Assembly (NCBI GenBank): GCA_002633005.1
Contig: NMRA01000144.1
Location: 442,924 to 506,923, forward strand
DNA from: Phoronis australis
Taxonomy: Eukaryota > Animalia > Phoronida
Direction of reading: 5' to 3'
Length of the DNA stretch: 64,000 bases
The notes below the pieces were generated by a model. That model did not search any database. It was not told where the DNA came from and was given only the letters and a program-made list of their open reading frames with translations. The position numbers and the translations under genes are program-made. Shown here piece after piece: positions 56,501 through 64,000 of the stretch. How positions within the stretch are numbered: the stretch's first letter is position 1; each line of letters begins with the position of its first letter.

Positions 56501-59500
56501 CCCAACATACTTCTTGTGTTGCCATTGATTCATATAGTGCCATGAGGGTGATGCGAGGACCACCGTCTGGTCCCCAGCTTGTGTCGTCCATCTTAAAAAA
56601 CTTGGAAGTTAAGCCGGTCTATGCAGCAGGTGTGTCAACTGAGAAGAGTACATTGTCAAAATGTAATGATAGTTCAAAGGATAAAAAGCTTGACATGTGC
56701 CCACCTGATGCTCCATCTGTTGGTTTGGACAGTGGAACTGCTTCACTTGGCAAGAAGAAAACCTTGACAAGGTTGTCACCGAAAAAGCGTAAAAAAGTCT
56801 TGAGCAGAAAAAGAAGAAGAAAGGTATAATTGTGGGAAATCATTAGGTTTCCTGGCAACCAAGTTGCTATGACATTCACTATATGTACTCTATTTCAGTA
56901 TTACTGTTGACATTTCTGTAATGCAGGTGGTAGAGCAGGTAATCTAACCCTAAGGTTTTTATAGGGCCTAGAAAAATATCGAAATTTGGCTAACTTCGGA
57001 ACATCTTATCTCAGAAATGGCTAATCGAATTCATGAGACATTCAGATGTTGTTATTTGAACACTGGTCTCCTTTGTTCTTAAAATGTTCCACTTTCGCAT
57101 GAGGAGCTATCAAAGTAGGACTTGTGTGATTTTTGTGAAAAAAAAATCAAAAGTTATATAAAACGGGAATGAAATTATAATTCAGAAAACTTTAACAGCA
57201 TTTTTGAGATTTCGTCTTAAACATTTATATCAAACAAAGTTTGGTCATGTAATTGATACCATTATTTTGCTATGATTGTATCTTTCTTTTTGCTAAATTT
57301 AACTTAAAAGATACCCAATTAAAGGCAGATTGGCTTTAAGTCAAAAATCGAATGATACAGATTTTCCACTTTCAGAAAATGTGTACTTTTACTGTGTTAA
57401 AATCTTTGGAAATATAGATATTTGGCTAAATGCGCATAACTTGTAAAGGTTCAAAGTTGTAATTATTGCCCTTAGTAAAGCAATGATTTGCAGGTGTTTC
57501 TCACTGCTTGTTTCTACTTATCGAGCATAATATTTCAGTTTGTTACCTTGTTTTTTTAGCAAGAGTTGCCGCACTGCAACAAGAGAGGAATCTCTTGTTC
57601 ACCTGCAGATTATGACAACTTCAAGGACCCAAACACGGGTCATTACAAGTGTCCAGAGTGCAGCAAGCAGTTCAAACTGGCTGCAGTGGTAAGAATTATC
57701 TGTAACAGTGATAGTTGTGAATGTGTGTAGTGTTGTCTATTTTGTTAAATTATTATTTGGTACAGTTTTGGTTGGTGTGATTTCTTGCCACTCTGATGCT
57801 ATCATGAGCATAAACCTCAGAACTGAACTTTTTGGTTAAAAAGCTTTAAAAGAAAATCTGACAAATGCTTTGGCAGCTAACTGAATAAAGAAACAGAATT
57901 AAAAGCTTTGTGTGATAATTTTTTTGTTTGGAAATTTGACAAGCTCTGCAAAAACATGTTTTTTTTTCAGAAAAATGCACTAAATTAATTTAATAATGAA
58001 TATATCAACATTTTTGCATTACATAATACTATTTTGTGATCATCAATTATTTTAAAATTGTGTTATTGGTTTACCATTAACACTTCAAAGTTATTTAAGA
58101 AATTTAATACTTGGCAACGAAGGCTTCCCATAACCTCAAAGTACTCTTCTAGGTTAATGAGGAATTCATCATTTCAGCTACGCTTTCACCGGAAGTTTCA
58201 CTCGCCTTCCAAGAAGAGGGAGTGTGCAAAGTCACCAGGCAATAGTTTTGGTGAGATTTTACTGAACTTTATAGTACTTGTGTGGTATGAACAGTAGTTT
58301 TGGTGAGATTTTACTGAACTTTATAGTACCTTGTAATATGAACAGTAGTCACAATGAGATCTTACTGGACTTTACAGTACTTGTGTAATATGAAGAGTAG
58401 TCTTTGTGGGATTTTATTGGACTTTACAGTACTTTGGTTTTGTCATAAAGCACATTGTGATGTTGATAGAGATGTAATTCTGTGGTGAAATGAGTGCTAG
58501 CACAGAATGCATTTGCCTGAGTCAATTTCCAGCATCAGATAACATTTGAATCAAAATACCTTATAAATGGTTACTTGTGAGTCATAGGAGAACTGGTCGT
58601 TTGTTAGTCCTCAAAGTAAAGTCAGTAAGTTGCAAGTCCTGATGAATGCAAATAACTTCACTAAAACCAGCTTCAGCTAACAAATTTACAACGTGCACAA
58701 AGAATCAGTCTTTGGTTCAAAATTTAATTTCTGGACTAATCAGACCCAGGGTTGAATCTTTCTCCTCGAAATCAAACGCAAATTTACTTTTGCCCTTTTC
58801 CGTCCGGCTTTAACACAATTTAAAGACAAGTCCATTATTCTAAGGTCAAGTACATTATAGCTTTCTCAGATAAGTTTGTGGTCCAAGTTTGCACTTGAAG
58901 AAAGTCAAGTGAAAGCTGGAAATTTTGAGTTCTTCCACGTAAACCACCAACCACAACATATTCATAATTGTAAAGTACCGAGACTAGACCCAGGCGCTGT
59001 TTGTTACATGATGTCAAACGTAACTCAGTTTAACATTGGCAATGTTAGCAAGTTTGTATAAAACTATTTGATGTCCTTTCTTGAAATTTTTGTTTGTTGG
59101 TATTGCAGTATGCAGATCTATGAACAACAACGTCTTCAACTGCTAACAAACATTTTAGATGCTTTTCATGATTGGCAGTCATTGTGGAAAACCTGGAAAT
59201 AATGTACATGCTTGGAAATTTTGGAAATTTTGGCAATGCAACTAAAAGAAACTTCGTTCAGTAGCAATTCAGATCCTGTGTTTGCACAATTCAGTTGTCA
59301 CAGTCATTAGGATTTGGGGAGAATATTACTTGACGTAAAAAAGAAGAAAATTTTGTCTTGTGAAACTTAGGAAAGTGAAAACACAATTCTAGTGAGAACC
59401 ATGAGAACTGAAAAAAACAAGTGGACTATTGCCAGAAAAAATCACGGGTGAAACAAGAAATTTGTCTTTGTATGCCTATGAGAAAGTCTAGAATACTGTA

Positions 59501-62500
59501 GCATAATTATATCTCCTGTGCAGGGTCTGACTCTAGTGGCGACCTGGCCTCTGTCAGTCGACTGCTGAGCACAGTGAATAGTCTGACATCCAGTCTAACA
59601 CCCTTCCTGGACGATAGCAATGATAGTGTTCTACAGAAGGTGGAGGTGCCAACCCCGCAGAATATTGGTTAGTATCCCTTGTGATGTTTACGCATGATAC
59701 TTTATCAGGGCTTCCTTTTGCTGTGTGCCTCATATCATTGACACATTAATTTCTTTTTGGTGTGTTGGTGACTAGTCATTGTATCAGTTACTGATTCACA
59801 ATTTCAGGCTCGATACTCAATGGACAAATTGACCAGTAGCAGTTCTTTCCTTAACTGATTGTGGTGCATTATGTATCATATCTTTACCAGTAAAGTTTGA
59901 AATTCAGTAAATTTTAGATCAGCAGTGGTCTTGAAGCTTAGAGTAACGTTGTATTTGCCAAGCGTGACTTGGCAAAATTTCCCGTTCACAAAATGGGAAA
60001 TGAGCTCGCCAAAATAAGGGAATCTTGTCCTGTCTTCCGCAAACAACACATAGTTGGCAACTGGTGAAAGTGAAGAACATGGAGCGTATGAATTGATTAA
60101 TTAGGCAACTGACTGAGTGTCTGGCGAAACACCCAAGTTCANAAATTAAGAAAAGCTGTAATTAAGTGGAAAATATGTCTAGGATAACCAACCAACATTA
60201 TTTTAGCTCAAAATGACATGAAAAAAGGTTGCCTTCGCCTTTAACTGATTGTGGTGCATTATGTATCATATCTTTACCAGTAAAGTTTGAAATTCAGTAA
60301 ATTTTAGATCAGCAGTGGTCTTGAAGCTTAGCGTAACGTTGTATTTGCCAAGCGTGACTTGGCAAAATTTCCCGTTCACAAAATGGGAAATGAGCTCGCC
60401 AAAATAAGGGAATCTTGTCCTGTCTTCCGCAAACAACACATAGTTGGCAACTGGTGAAAGTGAAGAACATGGAGCGTATGAATTGATTAATTAGGCAACT
60501 GACTGAGTGTCTGGCGAAACACCCAAGTTCACCCAGGCAGTATTTTAATTTGTTTCTTTTTTCTTACGGAAAATCAGTATATCGTCTAGCCGGTGATGAC
60601 AAATTGCTCCCTCGGACCCAATATCGTGGGCATGGATGCAATATCTTGCACACGCTCGGCTCCTACTTAAGGAAGTAGTAATTGATCAGGACATGCTTTC
60701 TGTATGTAACAGGGCACATTTTCAAGTAATCAAGTGTTGATCATTTGGAGGTTTATTGCACCAATTGTGACAGCCAATCAATTGGACTAGGTGCGACACA
60801 CCGACTAGTTCTGTCCAGGTGAACACTTATCTGGCATTGGTTAACCTCTCACAAAACGTCTTGCACATTCAATGATCAAAACTAGAATATACAATGTTAC
60901 ACAATAAACATATTTAAATTTTGACAAAATGTTCATTTGTTTTCCGAAGTAACTGATGACTTGTTGCTGCTACTAATAGTAATTTTAAACAACTTAAACA
61001 TAAAAATCTGCAATATTTCAAAGTGCTAAGAATGTATGCCTAATTTTCAAATGGTTTATTGTTATTTTTCATCTGTTTCCGTTCTTGATTATTATGGTAA
61101 AGTTAATTATTGTAGTGCCCTCTAGTGCCAATTTATTTTTTTGTGTCTGCTGCTCTTTTCTTGTGAATCCACAATTTTCGTTTCTTATTTATTCTGTGCC
61201 ATGTAGAAGCTTTCCATTTGTAGCGCAGTCATGAGAGCATTTCAATGCTTCTCACTGCTGATTTTAATTTTAGGTTTTGGTATAACAAAATAGGATTAGC
61301 AACAGCAAATTGAATCTTGGTCATTCAAACATTGCGTTAACATGTCAAGCCGAAAACAGTTCAATTTGGTGTTGATAATCCTCCTGATCCAGCCTTGATG
61401 CACAAGCCTTATGTGTATCATTCTATAACCAGCTTTACTTTTATGTAATCTTGTACTTAAATTTTCTTTGATGTTCCATTATTTATTCTTCCCCAAATGA
61501 CTATGTGTAAAATAAGTAATTCTAGATATTTTTTTGTTACAAATTTGTTAATTGTATTCGTATTGCAGACGCCAAAAACAGCGAGTGTCCGGAATGTAAG
61601 CAGAAGTTTGACAATAGCGCGGCCATGATTAATCATGCACTCAACAGGCACATGCTCATTGTTGGCACCAGCAACAAAGTGAAATCATCAGTTTACAAGT
61701 GCGAATACTGCACCACGGAAACTACATACTCTCTCCCAGGTACACACAGCATTTGAGTTGATCATAATTTATCATAAAAGGTATATCGACCAGTTCTATG
61801 AATGTGAACGGTGTGATATGTATGATTCAAATGGCTGATAAGAATTCGTATTGCCGGTCGATATTATTTTTCATTTATAATCATGCATGATCATTTATCT
61901 GCATTCTTATCACTGAGTTGTGTGATATATGATCAAAAGAGGTCTTTTCTGAATGGAGATTGGACTAATATCTGACTGATTATCATTTATTATTATCCTG
62001 ATATGAATTGATATTGGCTAGAGTGGGGGTGTATTAGTCTAGTAGATGTTTTGAAGGCACCTTAAAATATGTAGTCAGATTATGCATATACTACTTGAAT
62101 ATTGTTTTTGAAGGTTCCTCATTTTTTTACCATGCTGTGTGAAGTGTGGGACATACTGTGCTCTCCAAAAGTAGTGCTCTCCAAAAGTAGTCTGGACAAA
62201 GTACTGTTTTTCCCATAACAGCGGTTCATTGTAGCTGCTCTGATGATGAATCATGTTTGCACTCAACCGTCATGATTGGGGAATTCCACTTGCATTCAAC
62301 TATCTTGATGGGGAATTCCACTTGCACTCAACTGTCTTGATGGGGAATTCCACTGTCTCGCACTCAACTGTCATGTCAAACTAATGATTGAAGTTTGAGG
62401 TTTCTGTTACAGATGACAGCCTAATTTTTGGTCAGATGTGTTTGTTGTTGTGCCGTGTAGTGGCAATTACATTTTTGATGTCCACATTGCCTTCTACAAA

Positions 62501-64000
62501 AATGCTTGATCAAAATGTTCATGGAATTAAATTCTTGGATGACTTGCTTTTTGGTCCTGAGAGGCTGTTTGAAGTTTACTGTTTTTGCTCCCTCTAGTGA
62601 AAATATTGAAAACAATGATCATTGCTTGTATCTGAGCTGTATGTGATGCACTTCATTCAATGGCCTGCGTTGCCCTTGTCTCAAATTAATTGTGAACTTG
62701 TCTTATGTTATAGCCAACTTATTTGCTCACCTCCAGAAAGAACACTCAGACACCATAAAGAACCTTGCCAATACTACCTCAGCTGATGGAGAGGTATATA
62801 TTTAAGCGCTCTTCAAATTAGAGGTACATTCATATTCGTAGTCACTTAACGTTGCCGTTACGTTGGCACATTCTCTTCTGCTCACTTTGTTTTCTTCCTG
62901 TGGTCTGCTTCTTGTTCGGAACTGTCTGTTGCACTTCTGTGGATGACGCTTTCATTTTAAAGAATTCTCAACTAAAGGAGTTTGTTTTACATCGTACACA
63001 CTATTATAGTACCATTTGACCTTGAAATGTGTAAAATCATGATGTTCAAGTGTTGTAAAACCAGTTTTGTTTCAAGTTGGAAACCCCCGGCCCCCAATTA
63101 TACGCTTTACTCACAGTTACAGTTTATTGTCAGCTTTGTCGGATGTTTTAGATGCCTGTTTTAATCATCAGGTCATTTTGAAACAAGGCAAACACCCATC
63201 ACGACCTACTTTGTGATGCCTTTTCCATTTAAAGTATGCCAGGACTTACTTTTAAGGTGATAGAAACAATATAAATACGCTATTTTTCGGAATTTACATT
63301 CTTGGGCTTACTATCAGAAATTTCCCGATACTTTGTAAATTGTTGTATCTGGAGGAGTACTGTGTTTAATGTAAAAATGCCACAGTTAAAAAGGCACTTG
63401 TCATGATTGTTACATAGTAAAGTCACTGGATGGCTCGCTGTCAACCTGTCAACTATGTCAGTGATACAATGATACTGATAAAACAAGTATGTGTGTTTTA
63501 TGTATAAAATGGAAATTATCACATATCTGTAAACATTTACGTGACCAGTCCTATTATCTCTGTATGTCGAACAAGCACAAGTTAGATTTTAGCTTAATTC
63601 TGGCAAACTTCCACGATGTGGTTGTTCTAGTTTGTGCACGTGGCCCAACAGATAAGTCAGATTTCACCTCACTCATGTGACATCTCTTGGTTCAGTTGGA
63701 TACTATACTTTCTGCAAGCTCTACTGTGGCATCAGTTGGTTTGCTTTCAAATGTCATGCTGCTTGTTTAAACTTCAAGGTCATTGCATAGTAATGGAAAC
63801 TAACCCAGTTGAAGAATCTAACCCTTATGAAATCTATGTATCAAGTTATAAATAATTATGTGATGTTCTTTGCATAAATTACTAATCGCCATTTTTCTTG
63901 GGATTTCCAATTTTTGTACATTGAAAATGTGTATTAAAGTGAATGTGCTGTACTGTCTTTTTTATTTTCCACCCTAGCCTACGTTGATGGAAGGTCTGGG
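44530..64000 (+). CDS. RREB1: Ras-responsive element-binding protein 1 / hindsight-like C2H2 zinc-finger transcription factor (3' incomplete)
   Basis: Phase-consistent exons: 44530-44569, 45448-45515, 47047-47148, 48217-48309, 49042-49258, 51697-52257, 52486-52988, 53613-54840, 55257-55428, 56268-56823, 57560-57688, 58178-58250 (or -58238), 59524-59667, 61569-61739, 62714-62793, 63978->. RREB1 signatures: [70 protein letters not shown]. About 15 fingers in the window. The small non-finger exons are less certain than the finger exons. Confidence 0.9.
45821..47000. mobile_element. HINE-like repeat with internal tandem units (same type as 8328-9290)
   Basis: Starts TTATGCC..TTCTGTCTGTGCGTCCGGCATTC; repeated units containing CCCCTAG/CCTGGTGGCCAC/CTAGTGGCA and AAATTTGGCA. 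Boundaries approximate. Confidence 0.55.
47778..47870 (-). mobile_element. Degenerate tRNA-derived SINE head
   Basis: Minus strand reads GGAGGCAATATGGCCCAGT (A-box-like) ... GGATTCAAATACC (B-box-like) ... GTCCCTTGAG. No intact cloverleaf. Confidence 0.4.
51102..51427. mobile_element. Tc1/mariner-type MITE with ~95-bp TIRs and TA TSD
   Basis: TA|CAGAATTGATTGAACAC...CTCAACGGAACATA is mirrored by TATGTTCCGTTGAG...GTGTTCAATCAATTCTG|TA. TA at 51100-51101 and 51428-51429. Confidence 0.9.
58243..58432. repeat. ~52-bp minisatellite, about 3.7 copies
   Basis: Unit TAGTTTTGGTGAGATTTTACTGAACTTTATAGTACTTGTGTGGTATGAACAG, decaying rightwards. Confidence 0.85.
59851..60531. repeat. 291-bp near-identical direct duplication across a single N; probable haplotype false duplication
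   Basis: 59851-60141 and 60241-60531 differ at one position that I could find (AGAGTAAC vs AGCGTAAC). N at 60142. Confidence 0.9.
62258..62375. repeat. ~32-bp minisatellite, about 3.5 copies
   Basis: Unit approximately GCACTCAACTGTCTTGATGGGGAATTCCACTT. Confidence 0.8.

Noticed and set aside
58876-59061. 61-aa ORF considered as an RREB1 exon
   Set aside because: The nearby acceptor in the required phase 1 reaches a stop within 10 codons, and the model closes without it.

Overview
AT-rich, intron-rich animal genomic DNA, probably from a marine invertebrate (lophotrochozoan-like; species not determinable from sequence). It holds a tRNA-Gly(TCC) gene and four spliced protein genes rebuilt by hand from splice sites and reading frames. 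SMIM13 (minus strand, 2 exons, 72 aa) is head-to-head with proteasome beta-5 PSMB5/8 (plus, 6 exons, 277 aa). TMEM39A/B follows (plus, 7 coding exons, about 416 aa), then an RREB1/hindsight-type C2H2 zinc-finger gene (plus, at least 15 exons, runs off the window). Introns carry two copies of a THAP-bearing Kolobok-like TTAA transposon, several MITEs, HINE-like repeats and minisatellites. Two direct duplications abut single N characters and look like both haplotypes assembled side by side; one appears to show the empty and filled alleles of a transposon insertion. I see no convincing wholly new multi-gene system. The best leads are a FOG/SALL-type NuRD-recruiting N-terminus on RREB1 and a pre-miRNA-like hairpin in a TMEM39 intron. 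Family assignments come from recalled homolog sequences; no database search was run.
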